From NCBI GenBank assembly GCA_963836755.1, contig CAWIKF010000001.1, positions 512,001 to 576,000 on the forward strand: a stretch of DNA of 64,000 bases, in the 5' to 3' direction. Position 1 is the first letter of the stretch. Each line of letters opens with the position of its first letter. Positions 53,060-63,332 of this stretch are shown one piece after another. This DNA is from an uncultured Verrucomicrobiae bacterium. Its GTDB lineage: Bacteria; Verrucomicrobiota; Verrucomicrobiia; Chthoniobacterales; Chthoniobacteraceae. The position numbers and the translations under genes were made by a program. The notes beneath the pieces are model-generated. The model was given only the letters and a program-made list of their open reading frames with translations. It was not told where the DNA came from and did no database searches.

Positions 53060-53764
53060 TTACAGGGGATTAACTGCAGTCTGCGTGCTGGAGAGCCAGT
53101 TGGTTTCCGAAGTGTTGAAGAGGTCGGCGCCAAGTGGGCTGCCCAGGATGGTCTCCGAACTTTGATCAACCTTCATGATCTGCGCACTGGCGTCAACGAA
53201 AGCCACGATCGCCTTTTTGCCCTTCCAGACTCCACCCTTCGTATTTTCTGCCGTGGTGTAAGTATGGGACGATTCTTTGGCAAAAGCGTCAGCAATCAAC
53301 GGGAATGCAGAATTCGAGCTGTCGGAAAGGCCAAGCACATAAGCAAAGGAGCATTCGTTTTGTTGCAAGGTATACTTGTAACTGGACGTTGCCGGGGACG
53401 GATTGTCATAGCGATTGTCCGGCGGTGTGGCTCCGAAACCGGCTTTCGGTTCCCAGAAAATCTGCTCATTGGTCAGATAGTCCGGAAAAAGTTGCGCAAA
53501 GGCCGTATTTGAATCGGTGACCGGAGTGGAGGTCTGCTTGCTGGCAGCTACGGTGTAACTCGGATACGAGCCGTTGTTGTCCGTGGCAAAAATACGGCAG
53601 GCAAGAGCGATCTGTTTGACGTTGGATAACGCTTTGGTCTGCTGACCTTTTTCCTGCACAGTGCTGAAGACTGGCAGTGCGATGCCTGCGAGAATCGCGA
53701 TGATCGAGATCACCACGAGGAGTTCAATAAGCGTAAACGCTTGTTTTGTTCTGGGAGCTTTCAT
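53060..53764 (-). CDS. Prepilin-type N-methylation domain protein (PVC-type pilin-like)
   Basis: AFTLIELLVVISIIAILAGIALP; LSNVKQIALA; C-terminal KGGVW...AIVAFVDAS. Confidence 0.88.
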   Translation of the reverse strand: MKAPRTKQAFTLIELLVVISIIAILAGIALPVFSTVQEKGQQTKALSNVKQIALACRIFATDNNGSYPSYTVAASKQTSTPVTDSNTAFAQLFPDYLTNEQIFWEPKAGFGATPPDNRYDNPSPATSSYKYTLQQNECSFAYVLGLSDSSNSAFPLIADAFAKESSHTYTTAENTKGGVWKGKKAIVAFVDASAQIMKVDQSSETILGSPLGADLFNTSETNWLSSTQTAVNPL

Positions 53765-53856
53765 TTTTATTGTTGATTAGAATTTTTGGGTGCGAAGCAA
53801 GTTAACCTCAGCCTCCCTGACTGCAAGCGTTTTCCCCAAAAACTTTGCCGAAAACG

Positions 53857-56070
53857 CTAAGCTGGAGAAATTTTTTTCAGGCCCACGGTCGCCAGCGGCG
53901 GCAAGCGGAGCATGACGGAGTGCGACTGGCCCTGCCACGAGATCGGCTCCGCGTGCATGCCGCCATAGTTGCCGGCATTGCTGCCGCCGTAGGTCTCCGC
54001 GTCGGTGTTTAAAATCTCCTCGTAAAACCCTTCGCCGGGCACGCCGATGCGGTAGCCCTCGCGCACGACCGGCGTCGCGTTGATGACGAATACGAGCGGC
54101 GGGCCGGTGCGCGCTTTGCGCATAAAGGCGATGACGCAGTTGTCCGCGTCGTGAAAATCGATCCACTCGAAGCCTTCGTAAGTGTCATCGAGTTCCCACA
54201 GCGCTGGCTCTTGTTTATACAGCCAGTTCAGATGTGTGACGAGCCGGCGCAGCCCCGCGTGCTCGGGAAAGTCGAGCAGCCACCAGTCGAGAGCCTGGTC
54301 GTGATTCCATTCGCGGCTCTGGCCGAATTCCTCCCCCATGAACAAAAGCTTCTTGCCCGGATGCGCATACATCCACGCGTAAAACATCCGCAAATTTGCG
54401 AATTTTTGCCACCAGTCGCCGGGCATTTTGCAAACCATCGAGCCTTTCCCGTGGACCACTTCGTCGTGACTCAGCACCAGCACGAAATGCTCGTGAAACG
54501 CGTAGATGAGCGAGAACGTCACGTCGCCCTGATGATAGCGGCGGTAGATCGGATCCTGCGCCATGTAGGAGAGGAAGTCGTGCATCCAGCCCATGTTCCA
54601 TTTGAAGCCGAAGCCGAGCCCGCCGAGATATGTAGGGCGCGAGACGCCGGGCCACGCCGTAGATTCCTCGGCGATGGTCATGATGCCCGGAAAACGTTCG
54701 TAGCACACTTCGTTAAACCTTTTTAAAAAGTAGATCGCCTCGAGATTCTCGCGTCCGCCATACGCATTCGGAATCCACTCGCCGGCCTTGCGGGAGTAAT
54801 CGAGGTAAAGCATCGATGCCACCGCATCCACGCGCAGGCCATCGATGTGATATTCGTCGAGCCAGAAGAGTGCATTCGCGATGAAAAAATTCCGCACTTC
54901 GTTGCGGCCATAGTTTGGAATCAAAGTTCCCCAATCCATGTGCTCGCCTTGCCGCGGATCCGCATGCTCAAACAGATCCGTGCCGTCAAACTCCGCGAGC
55001 CCGTGCGCATCTTTCGGAAAATGGCCCGGCACCCAATCCACAATGATGCCGATGCCGCGCTGGTGCGCGCGATCGACAAAATAGCGGAACTCGTCCGGGT
55101 TTCCGAAGCGCGAAGTCGGCGCGTAATAGCCCGTGACCTGGTAGCCCCACGAGCCGTCGAACGGATGCTCGGCGACGGGCATCAGCTCGATGTGCGTGTA
55201 GCCCATGTCGCAAACGTAGTTTAACAAAGCTTCAGCAAGTTCGCGATAGCTCAGGTAGCGATCTCCCTCCTCGTGATGCCGCGCCCAGGAGCCGAGATGG
55301 ACTTCGTAAACGCTGACCGGGCGATTTTGCCACGCCGTCTCGCGGCGTTTTTTCATCCAGTCGTCGTCACTCCACTTGTATCGCTTGATGTTAAACACCA
55401 TCGACGCCGTCGCCTTGCCGTGCTGCGAGTAAAACGCAAACGGATCACTTTTCACGAGATGCTGTCCGTGAGCGCCAAGGATCTCGAATTTGTAGTGCGC
55501 GCCTTCGCTGACATTGGGGACGAAGATTTCCCAGATTCCCGTCGCCGGATGTTTGCGCATCGAGTGGATGCGGCCGTCCCAGCCGTTGAAATCGCCGATC
55601 ACGCTCACGCGCTGCGCATTCGGCGCCCAAACCGCGAAGGTGCAGCCGCGCACGCCGTTTATCTCCGTCAAATGCGCGCCGAGTTTGTCGTAAATGTCGT
55701 AATGATTTCCCTCGGAAAAAAGATAGAGATCCATCTCGCCGAGAATCGTGCCGAAGGAATACGGATCGCGATCCGTCCACTGGTGGCCGTCGTGCGCCGT
55801 GAATTGCAGCTCGTAATCGAAGCGCTCGGTCCGCTCGGGAAGAATCGCCTCGAAAACCCCGTGCTCGTGCAGCCGTTTCGCTTCAAACTTTTTTCCGTCG
55901 CTCAAGCGCGCGACGCTGACTGCGCGGGCATCGGGACGAAAAACGCGCACGGTGAGTTTGCCGCCGGCTTCGTGCATGCCGAGCGCGGCAAACGGGTCGC
56001 CGTGATGCGCGCCGAGCAGCGCGTCGATGTGGCCGCGGTCGAGAGTTTGTGGGGTGTCGAGGACTTCCAT
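53857..56070 (-). CDS. glgB: 1,4-alpha-glucan branching enzyme
   Basis: [53 protein letters not shown]. Confidence 0.97.
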   Translation of the reverse strand: MEVLDTPQTLDRGHIDALLGAHHGDPFAALGMHEAGGKLTVRVFRPDARAVSVARLSDGKKFEAKRLHEHGVFEAILPERTERFDYELQFTAHDGHQWTDRDPYSFGTILGEMDLYLFSEGNHYDIYDKLGAHLTEINGVRGCTFAVWAPNAQRVSVIGDFNGWDGRIHSMRKHPATGIWEIFVPNVSEGAHYKFEILGAHGQHLVKSDPFAFYSQHGKATASMVFNIKRYKWSDDDWMKKRRETAWQNRPVSVYEVHLGSWARHHEEGDRYLSYRELAEALLNYVCDMGYTHIELMPVAEHPFDGSWGYQVTGYYAPTSRFGNPDEFRYFVDRAHQRGIGIIVDWVPGHFPKDAHGLAEFDGTDLFEHADPRQGEHMDWGTLIPNYGRNEVRNFFIANALFWLDEYHIDGLRVDAVASMLYLDYSRKAGEWIPNAYGGRENLEAIYFLKRFNEVCYERFPGIMTIAEESTAWPGVSRPTYLGGLGFGFKWNMGWMHDFLSYMAQDPIYRRYHQGDVTFSLIYAFHEHFVLVLSHDEVVHGKGSMVCKMPGDWWQKFANLRMFYAWMYAHPGKKLLFMGEEFGQSREWNHDQALDWWLLDFPEHAGLRRLVTHLNWLYKQEPALWELDDTYEGFEWIDFHDADNCVIAFMRKARTGPPLVFVINATPVVREGYRIGVPGEGFYEEILNTDAETYGGSNAGNYGGMHAEPISWQGQSHSVMLRLPPLATVGLKKISPA

Positions 56071-56076
56071 GGTTTT

Positions 56077-57288
56077 TTACTTTGTTAAAAGGAGTGGCGT
56101 TAAATATTTTTCGTAAATCGTCTCCCATGAGAAATCGCGAAGAACCTTCTTCCGCGCGGCTGCGGCTTCATCTTGCGCGAGATTTCGAATCAGCAGATCC
56201 GCGAGATCGCGCGGCGAAGTCGCCGGGTCGAAAAATGTGACGTGATGAGTCAGCAGCGTTTTCATCGGCTCGATATCTGCACAGAAAACCGGCAGCCAGT
56301 GCAAAGCCGCCTCCAATGGCGGGAGGCCGAAACCCTCCTGAAAGCTGGGGAAAAACAGAGCATCCGCAAGTTCATATAATCCGACGAGGTCGCGCTTTGT
56401 CACCGCAAAAAGCCGATGCAAAAAAATCGCGGCTTCTGCGACTCCCAATTTATCGGCCAGCGCCGCGAGTTCGCGCGCATAGCGCCGCGATGCGGGATTG
56501 TGCAAATCGGGCGGCCCCGTCACCAGCAGACAGCTGCGCACGCCGCGGCGCTGCAGTTCCGCGATCACGTGCAGGCCGAGCTCGACGTTCTTGCGTTTCA
56601 CGAGCCGCGCGGGCTGCAGCAGGACCAGATCTTTTTTGAAAAGTTGCCGCTCTTCAGCGAACTTCGCCATGCGCGAGTTCAACCCGAGCACCGTCGTGGG
56701 CGAGACGCCGTTCGGAATCACGCGGCAGCGATTGGGATCAATATTTGTCAGCGCCACAAACTCACGTTTCCGCAGCTCGGAGACCGCGACGTATTCGATG
56801 AGCGGATGCGCCGAAGCCAGATGGTGCCAAGGTTCTCGGGCAATGTGAGGGAATTGGTAATCGACGTTGCGCGCCGCCAGATCGTGCACCCATCCGACGA
56901 AACGCATGTCCTTCAGTTCCGATGCGAGCTGCCAGAGCGCCGCCGTCCACGCGAGATGGAACGGCATGGTGAGCACGTTGTGAATCATCACGACGTTAAC
57001 GCCCCGACAAAGCTCCGAAAGTTCGGCAGCGACGCCTTTTTGCAGCATCGAAAAACTTTCTCCCGGTGCGCCCGCGTCGAGTTCCTGCTGCGCGGTTTTC
57101 ATCAGCGGATGCTTTGGCGCGAGGAGCGGCAGTTTAACAAACTTCGCAGCAAAGTTTGACGCGCGTCGCGAACCGCTCACAATCGTCACCTCGTGTCCGT
57201 GCTTTGAAAAAAGCGCCGCATGTTCGTCGATGACCGTTTCGACGCCGCCAATCCGGCCGGCGGAAAAGTGCGCCAGCAACAGTTTCAT
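56077..57288 (-). CDS. Glycosyltransferase family 4 protein
   Basis: IGGVE, IHNVL, WVHD, VIPNG, QPARLVKRKNVE, PSFQEGFGLP; start at MKLLL (57288). Confidence 0.88.
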   Translation of the reverse strand: MKLLLAHFSAGRIGGVETVIDEHAALFSKHGHEVTIVSGSRRASNFAAKFVKLPLLAPKHPLMKTAQQELDAGAPGESFSMLQKGVAAELSELCRGVNVVMIHNVLTMPFHLAWTAALWQLASELKDMRFVGWVHDLAARNVDYQFPHIAREPWHHLASAHPLIEYVAVSELRKREFVALTNIDPNRCRVIPNGVSPTTVLGLNSRMAKFAEERQLFKKDLVLLQPARLVKRKNVELGLHVIAELQRRGVRSCLLVTGPPDLHNPASRRYARELAALADKLGVAEAAIFLHRLFAVTKRDLVGLYELADALFFPSFQEGFGLPPLEAALHWLPVFCADIEPMKTLLTHHVTFFDPATSPRDLADLLIRNLAQDEAAAARKKVLRDFSWETIYEKYLTPLLLTK

Positions 57289-57321
57289 CGTGATGGCGCG
57301 GCGCCTGCTTTGTTTAAACGA

Positions 57322-57516
57322 ATGCGATACTTCCTGGCGTTCCTCATTATATGCGGGATCTACTTGTATGTCTTTCGCAACAATCCCGCCAGACCCGCGG
57401 TGCCCGTCGCGCAGGCGACTCCGTCGCCATCGGGCGATTTCATAAAGCGGCCGCTCGATCGCACGCACGCGGTGCTCGATCAGGTGCGGACGCAACGCGA
57501 CTCCAACGACTTCTAG
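57322..57516 (+). CDS. Small membrane-anchored hypothetical protein
   Basis: MRYFLAFLIICGIYLYVF...DFIKRPLDRTHAVLDQV. Confidence 0.55.
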   Translation: MRYFLAFLIICGIYLYVFRNNPARPAVPVAQATPSPSGDFIKRPLDRTHAVLDQVRTQRDSNDF

Positions 57517-57602
57517 AGCGGTCCGCGCAGTCTTAAAGGCGCGCCCCGGGTCCAACGGAGAGGCGCGGAAGGCGCAAATGTCCTCGCACGCCCAGAGTCG
57601 AT

Positions 57603-58127
57603 GTGACCGGAAACAGCGCTGTGCTGACCGCTTTCACAACGAAACACGGAACGCTGAAGACGGCGAACGCGGCTGCAATAGCGGCGCGCGCTGCCTCAAA
57701 GCAGGCAACAACGCAGCTCAACGCCGCAAAGAAGGATTGGGTCGGCGGGCTGAATAGTCTGGCGAGCGTGACGGAGAGCCTCACGGGAGGCGATGCTGCG
57801 AAGATCCAGGGAACTGGATTCGACGTGCGCAATGCCGCGGCGCCGCTGCCGATGCCGGAGCAAGTGATGAACCTGAGCGTGGCCCTGAACGGCCAGGTCG
57901 GTTACTCGTCGCTCACGTGGAATCCGCTGGCGGTCGCGGATCATTACATCCAGACGAGCCCCGATCCGATTACGGATGCGAGCTGGACGTTCGTGGATAC
58001 GGCGTTGAGCGCGTCGTATTGCGGCAACGGCGCGGTCGCCGGCCAGAAGCGCTGGTATCGCGTGGCGGGTGTGAACACGGCTGGCACTGGGCCGTGGAGT
58101 GATCCGGCTTTGCGCCCGGTGATGTAA
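57603..58127 (+). CDS. Helical-bundle plus FN3 protein, paralog of 39554-40186, apparently N-terminally truncated
   Basis: LASVTESLTGGDAAKIQGTGF...AGQKRWYRVAGVNTAGTGPWSD; GTG start, no earlier in-frame start back to the TAA at 57534. Confidence 0.7.
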   Translation: MTGNSAVLTAFTTKHGTLKTANAAAIAARAASKQATTQLNAAKKDWVGGLNSLASVTESLTGGDAAKIQGTGFDVRNAAAPLPMPEQVMNLSVALNGQVGYSSLTWNPLAVADHYIQTSPDPITDASWTFVDTALSASYCGNGAVAGQKRWYRVAGVNTAGTGPWSDPALRPVM

Positions 58128-58167
58128 TAAAGAGGGGGCATTCCGCTTGGCGGATGCCTTGCGAATG

Positions 58168-58206
58168 AAACGGGAACGGTCCATCGGGATCGTTCCCGTT
58201 TTGTTT
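58168..58206 (+). terminator. Intrinsic terminator after the second FN3 gene
   Basis: AAACGGGAACGGTCC-loop-GGATCGTTCCCGTTT then TGTTT; a second small hairpin lies just upstream. Confidence 0.7.
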
Positions 58207-58369
58207 CCGTGCAACGCGCGCGCACTCGCGTGACAGAGCGGATCGATTAGTTTTAGACAACTCTCAGCGCCCGATATTGCCCGCGCGTTTGCTGTTCCAA
58301 CAAAGGCGGATGAAAAAAAGTCCGCGCTTGAATTCCATACTCGGCGCGGCTAATTTCGGCGCCCGCTTC

Positions 58370-58441
58370 GCCAGGGTAGCTCAGTGGTAGAGCAGGGGAC
58401 TCATAAGCCCTTGGTCGGGAGTTCAACTCTCCCCCCTGGCA
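58370..58441 (+). tRNA. tRNA with CAT anticodon (elongator Met or Ile2)
   Basis: GCCAGGGTAGCTCAGTGGTAGAGCAGGGGACTCATAAGCCCTTGGTCGGGAGTTCAACTCTCCCCCCTGGCA; G1-C72 is paired, so not the initiator. Confidence 0.93.
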
Positions 58442-58443
58442 CT

Positions 58444-59541
58444 TTATCCGCCGCTGGAGTTGCCGAGTTCCTGTTCCTCGGGCGGGAGGAAAACGCGGAA
58501 GCGATTTTTGTCGATCGCCTTCATGTATGCCTCGTGCGGCGAAACGATGCCCTGCTGCATCACGCTCCAGATCGCGTCGTCCATGAATTGCATGCCCTGA
58601 CTTTTTCCCGCGACGATCACGTCCTGCAATTTCTGCGTCGCGCCTTCGCGGATAATCGCGGAGACGGCGCTGTTCGCCATGAGGATTTCGTTGACAGCGA
58701 GACGGCCGCCGCCAGCTTCGGGAGTTTTTTTCAAAAGCAATTGCGCCACGACGCCGCGCAGCGATGCAGCCAGCATCGTTCGCACCTGCGCCTGCTGGTC
58801 GGACGGGAAGACGTCGATCATGCGATCGATTGTTTTACGTGCGTTGTTCGTGTGCAAAGTTCCGAAAACGAGCAGCCCGGTCTCCGCAGCCGTGAGCGCG
58901 AGCGCGATGGTCTCGAGATCGCGCATTTCACCGACGAGCACGATGTCGGTATCTTCGCGCAACGCGGCTTTGAGGCCGGCGGCGAAGGACGCGGAATTGT
59001 CCGGCACCTCGCGCTGTGTGATAACGCTCCGTTTGTTATTGTGCACGAACTCGATCGGCTCCTCGACCGTGATGATGTGCTTTGTGTAGTTGGAATTAAT
59101 GTAGTCCATCAGCGCGGCGAGCGTGGTGCTTTTGCCGGAGCCGGTCGGGCCGGTGACGAGGACGATGCCGCCGCGGACGTTGGCGAATTCCTTGACGATC
59201 GGCGGAATGCCGAGGTCTTCGAGTGACGCGATCTTTGTCGGGATGAGGCGGAAGACCGCGCCGTAGCCATTGGTCTGCTTGAGGAAGTTGCAACGAAAGC
59301 GTGAGCTCTCGTTCATCTCGTAAGCGAAATCGATGTCGCCCAGTTCCTCGAAACGCTGCCACCGTTCCGGCCCGGAGATTTCGCTCATCATGTAGGCTGC
59401 TTCCTCGCTCGTGAGCGGCTCCTCGCGAATCGGAATGATGTCGCCATGCTGGCGCACTTTCGGTTTTTGGCCGACCGCAAGATGAAGGTCGGACGCTCCG
59501 GCCTGGATGAGCACCTCGAAAAATTGATCGATGTAAGCCAT
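58444..59541 (-). CDS. pilT: Type IV pilus retraction ATPase PilT/PilU family
   Basis: ASDLHL, TGPTGSGKSTT, EEPIEF, ALRED.DI.LVGEMRD, GTLHT. Confidence 0.92.
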   Translation of the reverse strand: MAYIDQFFEVLIQAGASDLHLAVGQKPKVRQHGDIIPIREEPLTSEEAAYMMSEISGPERWQRFEELGDIDFAYEMNESSRFRCNFLKQTNGYGAVFRLIPTKIASLEDLGIPPIVKEFANVRGGIVLVTGPTGSGKSTTLAALMDYINSNYTKHIITVEEPIEFVHNNKRSVITQREVPDNSASFAAGLKAALREDTDIVLVGEMRDLETIALALTAAETGLLVFGTLHTNNARKTIDRMIDVFPSDQQAQVRTMLAASLRGVVAQLLLKKTPEAGGGRLAVNEILMANSAVSAIIREGATQKLQDVIVAGKSQGMQFMDDAIWSVMQQGIVSPHEAYMKAIDKNRFRVFLPPEEQELGNSSGG

Positions 59542-59544
59542 GCG

Positions 59545-60681
59545 TCAGCTCGCGAAATGTTGTTTCATCAAAGCCTTCACTTCGGCGCGCGCATACGCTT
59601 CCTCCTGCGAGATGAGGCCCCGGTCGTAAAGCTCCATCAGCGATTCGTCCATGAGCTTCATGCCGAGTTTTTTGCCGGTCTGCATCACGCCGGGGAGCAT
59701 GTAAGTTTTGCCTTCGCGGATCGAATTCGCAACGGCTGGCGAGTTCGTTAGAACTTCCATCGCCATCACGCGACCTTTTCCATCCTTCCGAGGAATGAGC
59801 TGTTGCGTGACCACGCCGCGCAAACTTTCGCTGACCATGATCCGGATTTGATCCCGCTGTTCGATCGGGAAGACGTCGAGCACGCGGTCGAGCGTCCGCG
59901 CGGCGCTGCTGGTGTGGAGTGTGCCGAGCACGAGGTGGCCGGTTTCCGATGCCGTAATGGCGAGGCTGATCGTCTCGAGGTCGCGCATTTCGCCGACGAG
60001 AATCACGTCCGGATCCTGTCGAAGACAGCCTCGCAGGGCGGATGCGAACGACTCGGTGTGCATGTGCACCTCGCGTTGCGTGATCTGGCAAAGCTTCGGT
60101 TCGTAAATAAATTCGATCGGATCCTCGAGCGTGATGATGTGGTCGTGCCGCGTCTGATTCACCTCTTCGATGAAAGCCGCGAGCGTCGTCGATTTGCCGC
60201 TGCCGACCGCGCCGGTCACGAGGATCAGGCCGTTATGATATTGCGTGAGCAACCGCAAATTATGCGGCAGCCCGAGCTCGTCCATCGTGCGCACATGCGC
60301 GTTGATGACGCGGAAAACTAATTCGTAGCCGTGACGCTGCCGGACGACGCTGCCGCGGTAACGGCCGAACGAAGTCGAGTATGCAAAGTCCACGTCGCCG
60401 CGCTCGGCGAGCTGCCGCTTTTGCGTGTCATCCAAAATCGCCATCGCCATCCGCTCCGTATCCGCCGGCGTGAGCAACGGCGCGGTCGGGAAAATCGGTT
60501 CGAGCACTCCGAATCTGCGCCGGATCGGTTGCGCATTCGCGCCGAGATGAACGTCCGAAGCGTCCGTATCCTGACCAAATTTCAGATACGGATCGACGTG
60601 ATCCAAAGTGCGGACGCGCGCCTCATCCTCGAGCACATCCATTGAGGGGGAAACAACTGCGAGCTCTGCTGCCATCGGCAT
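59545..60681 (-). CDS. pilT: Type IV pilus retraction ATPase PilT/PilU family
   Basis: ASDVHL, TGAVGSGKSTT, EDPIEF, LRQDPDVILVGEMRD, GTLHT. Confidence 0.92.
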   Translation of the reverse strand: MPMAAELAVVSPSMDVLEDEARVRTLDHVDPYLKFGQDTDASDVHLGANAQPIRRRFGVLEPIFPTAPLLTPADTERMAMAILDDTQKRQLAERGDVDFAYSTSFGRYRGSVVRQRHGYELVFRVINAHVRTMDELGLPHNLRLLTQYHNGLILVTGAVGSGKSTTLAAFIEEVNQTRHDHIITLEDPIEFIYEPKLCQITQREVHMHTESFASALRGCLRQDPDVILVGEMRDLETISLAITASETGHLVLGTLHTSSAARTLDRVLDVFPIEQRDQIRIMVSESLRGVVTQQLIPRKDGKGRVMAMEVLTNSPAVANSIREGKTYMLPGVMQTGKKLGMKLMDESLMELYDRGLISQEEAYARAEVKALMKQHFAS

Positions 60682-60738
60682 CCACGGGACTACACCACCG
60701 GGCGGAAATCAAACACTTTCGCGCGCGGCGCTGGAAAT

Positions 60739-61104
60739 TTAACGCTTGCTTCGCCGGCGCGCGAACTCGCTCACCTGCTTCGTGGCGAACGACATCAGCG
60801 CCGGTCGCGCGACGGAAAAAGCCATCTTCGCGACGGCAAGCGCGAGCCCCGCTTTTTCCAGGTTTTTAACAGTCGGTTTACCGCGACGGTCGACGTAAAC
60901 TTTCTTTGTGCGCCGCGGCAGTTTCGCGATGAGCAGCCCGAGCATCGATGCCGCGCCGATCCAAATGCCCTTGTGCTCCTCGATCGACTTTTTCAAATGC
61001 GCCGGCACATCCACATCGTGTCGAAACGCATCGCCATATCGCGCGATCTGCGCTCGGGCGCGGTCGAGTTCAGCGGCTAGCTCTGCTTTTTGGTCTGCAG
61101 CCAT
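60739..61104 (-). CDS. Hypothetical protein (YqjK-like position)
   Basis: Third gene of an ElaB/YqjD-YqjE-like cluster; one TM. Confidence 0.6.
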   Translation of the reverse strand: MAADQKAELAAELDRARAQIARYGDAFRHDVDVPAHLKKSIEEHKGIWIGAASMLGLLIAKLPRRTKKVYVDRRGKPTVKNLEKAGLALAVAKMAFSVARPALMSFATKQVSEFARRRSKR

Positions 61105-61484
61105 TGTTTATCTTTTTTAAATTCCTGCAGCGTCGCGCTGAACATTGAGGCGCTGAGTCGCGCCTTTGCAAAAACGATGCACGCCATTGCCACGCCGAAG
61201 TGCGCGAGCGCCAGCACGAGCACGACCCACTCCGCGTGAACATGCAGCAGCCGCGCAATCAAAAATACGAGGCCGATGCAAAAAAACAGATAGCCGAAGA
61301 CGACGACGCACAGCGCGACGATCGCCAACCCGGCGATGATGCCGAAATGAACCAGCGCTTCTTTCGTCTCGATGCCAGCGAGATGCAGCCGCGCGCCGAG
61401 GTAGGCGGCGATCGCCGAAAAGAGCGCCCGGCCGTTTTCGATGAACCCACTGTCCGAAGTGGGCGACCTCGTCGGATCAGCCAT
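61077..61484 (-). CDS. YqjE / holin-X-like membrane protein
   Basis: ARLHLAGIE.KE, two TM, FSATLQEFKKD. Confidence 0.75.
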   Translation of the reverse strand: MADPTRSPTSDSGFIENGRALFSAIAAYLGARLHLAGIETKEALVHFGIIAGLAIVALCVVVFGYLFFCIGLVFLIARLLHVHAEWVVLVLALAHFGVAMACIVFAKARLSASMFSATLQEFKKDKQWLQTKKQS

Positions 61485-61493
61485 TCTGCGGCG

Positions 61494-61814
61494 CTAGCGG
61501 CGGAAGATCAGGCCCATGAGAAACCCGATGCCGAGCGCAGTCAGCACGGCGCGCGTAGGATTATCGCGAACATACTGTTCGCCGTCATCACGCATCGAGC
61601 GCGCACGCGTCCGGGCCTCTTCGTAAGTGTGTTCGGCGCGACCGCGCAGTTCATTCACCTTGTCTTGCGCGGCGTCGCGGAGCTCAGCTGCCTTCGCTTC
61701 AGCGGCGGCGCGGAGATCTTCCGCGGCCTGTTTCGCGTGCGTCTTGCCGCTCTCGAGTTTCGCATTGGGGTCAACAGTCGTGACTCCTGGATTTGGATTA
61801 TTTTCGTCTGCCAT
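61494..61814 (-). CDS. ElaB/YqjD (DUF883) family protein
   Basis: YVRDNPTRAVLTALGIGFLMGLIFRR C-terminus. Confidence 0.88.
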   Translation of the reverse strand: MADENNPNPGVTTVDPNAKLESGKTHAKQAAEDLRAAAEAKAAELRDAAQDKVNELRGRAEHTYEEARTRARSMRDDGEQYVRDNPTRAVLTALGIGFLMGLIFRR

Positions 61815-61893
61815 AATATGATGTGTTGAGTTCTTTGTAGCGCCGTGGCGGCGCTCGTCTAGTTTTGTTACGGATTGAATTAAGATTCTGCGC

Positions 61894-62112
61894 TCATGTT
61901 TCGCGGAAAATGATGCGCGCCTTGCTCAAATCATACGCCGAGAGCTCGAGCTCCACTTTGTCGCCAGGCACGATCCGAATGAAATGCTTGCGCATTTTTC
62001 CCGAGATGTGCGCCAGCACGCTCGCGCCGTTCGGCAGATTCACGCGGAACATCGTCCCCGGCAAAACGTCGGTCACGGTCCCCTCGGTTTTAATCACGTC
62101 CGGCTTGGCCAT
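61894..62112 (-). CDS. infA: Translation initiation factor IF-1
   Basis: [36 protein letters not shown]. Confidence 0.97.
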   Translation of the reverse strand: MAKPDVIKTEGTVTDVLPGTMFRVNLPNGASVLAHISGKMRKHFIRIVPGDKVELELSAYDLSKARIIFRET

Positions 62113-62121
62113 GCGCGCGAA

Positions 62122-62832
62122 TCATGCCGGCGGCAGTTCTTCCTGACAATTCCCGTTTTCGGCGCGCATCCTCTGCGCATCAAGGTTCGGCGCCAGCGCA
62201 TCCAGTCTTTTTTCAAAAACTTCCGCCACGCGATCGGCGACCGCCCGCACCGAAATCTCAGCGCCCGTCTCGCGCGCGAGACTCGTCATTTCCACTCCCG
62301 CGATCCCGCACGGCGTGATCCGCGCGAACGGCGACAGGTCGCCATTCACGTTCAGCGCAAAGCCATGCATGCTCGTCCATTGCCGCACGCCGACGCCGAT
62401 GCTCGCGAGTTTGCGCGGCCCGATCCAGACGCCTGTCAAACTTTCGCGCCGCTGCGCCGTCACGCCAAAATGCGCGCACGTCTCGATCAAAATTTCCTCC
62501 AGCGCTCGCAGATAAACGTGCAAATCTCGTCCGTGTGCGCGCAAATCCAAAATCGGATAACCGACGAGCTGCCCCGGCCCGTGAAAAGTCGCCTGTCCGC
62601 CGCGGTTGATTCGCACCACCGGATGCGGCAGCGCCGTCGCGTCGCGCAGGCTCGATTGATCCGGCGTCCGGCCGATCGTGTAAACCGGCTCATGCTCTAG
62701 CAAAAGAAGCTGGTCACAAATTTCACCCGCGACGCGCCGAGCCAGCAGCGATTCCTGCAGCGTCAGCGCTTCATCGTAGCTGACGCGGCCGAGCCATTGC
62801 ACGGCGAGCGTTTGTGTTGCGCTCATTTTCAA
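62122..62832 (-). CDS. lipB: Lipoyl(octanoyl) transferase
   Basis: EHEPVYTIG, RGGQATFHGPGQLVGYP, KLASIG, HGFALN, PCGI. Confidence 0.95.
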   Translation of the reverse strand: MKMSATQTLAVQWLGRVSYDEALTLQESLLARRVAGEICDQLLLLEHEPVYTIGRTPDQSSLRDATALPHPVVRINRGGQATFHGPGQLVGYPILDLRAHGRDLHVYLRALEEILIETCAHFGVTAQRRESLTGVWIGPRKLASIGVGVRQWTSMHGFALNVNGDLSPFARITPCGIAGVEMTSLARETGAEISVRAVADRVAEVFEKRLDALAPNLDAQRMRAENGNCQEELPPA

Positions 62833-63332
62833 ATTTGCACAAGCGTTGTCGCTCCGGTCGCGGCTGTTTGACTCGTTTGAAAATGGGTCAACCCGATGGC
62901 GATCGCGTCCGCAGCGTCCGGCGGCGGCGTTTCCGTGAGCCCGAGCAGCGCGCGAACCATGAAACCAACTTGCGACTTTGCCGCAGCGCCGCGCCCGACC
63001 ACAGCTTGTTTGACACGCCGCGGTGCGTATTCAAAAATCGGCACGCCTCGCTCCGCGAGCGCGAGCAGTGCCGCGCCACGCGCCGCACCCAGCGTGATTG
63101 CGACCCGATAATTCTGCACGAAGATCACTGCCTCGACCGCCGCGCAATCCGGCTCATGCGTCGCGATCAAAGTCGCCAGTCGATCGTGGATCGCCACGAG
63201 GCACGACGACGGTCGCAGCGCGCTGCCATTCGCGATCACGCCAAACTCCACGGCGCGAACTTTGCCCGCGTCTTTTTCGAGAACGGCGAAACCGGTCCCG
63301 CGCAACGAAGGATCGACCGCCAGCACGCGCAT
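62829..63332 (-). CDS. ruvC: Crossover junction endodeoxyribonuclease RuvC
   Basis: MRVLAVDPS...GF, AVE, GAARG, EYAP..VK.AVVG.G.A.K.QV, DAADA.A. Confidence 0.95.
   Translation of the reverse strand: MRVLAVDPSLRGTGFAVLEKDAGKVRAVEFGVIANGSALRPSSCLVAIHDRLATLIATHEPDCAAVEAVIFVQNYRVAITLGAARGAALLALAERGVPIFEYAPRRVKQAVVGRGAAAKSQVGFMVRALLGLTETPPPDAADAIAIGLTHFQTSQTAATGATTLVQI

Noticed and set aside
61077..61484. Prophage holin
   Set aside because: It sits in the ElaB/YqjD-YqjE-YqjK-like stress cluster with no phage genes nearby.
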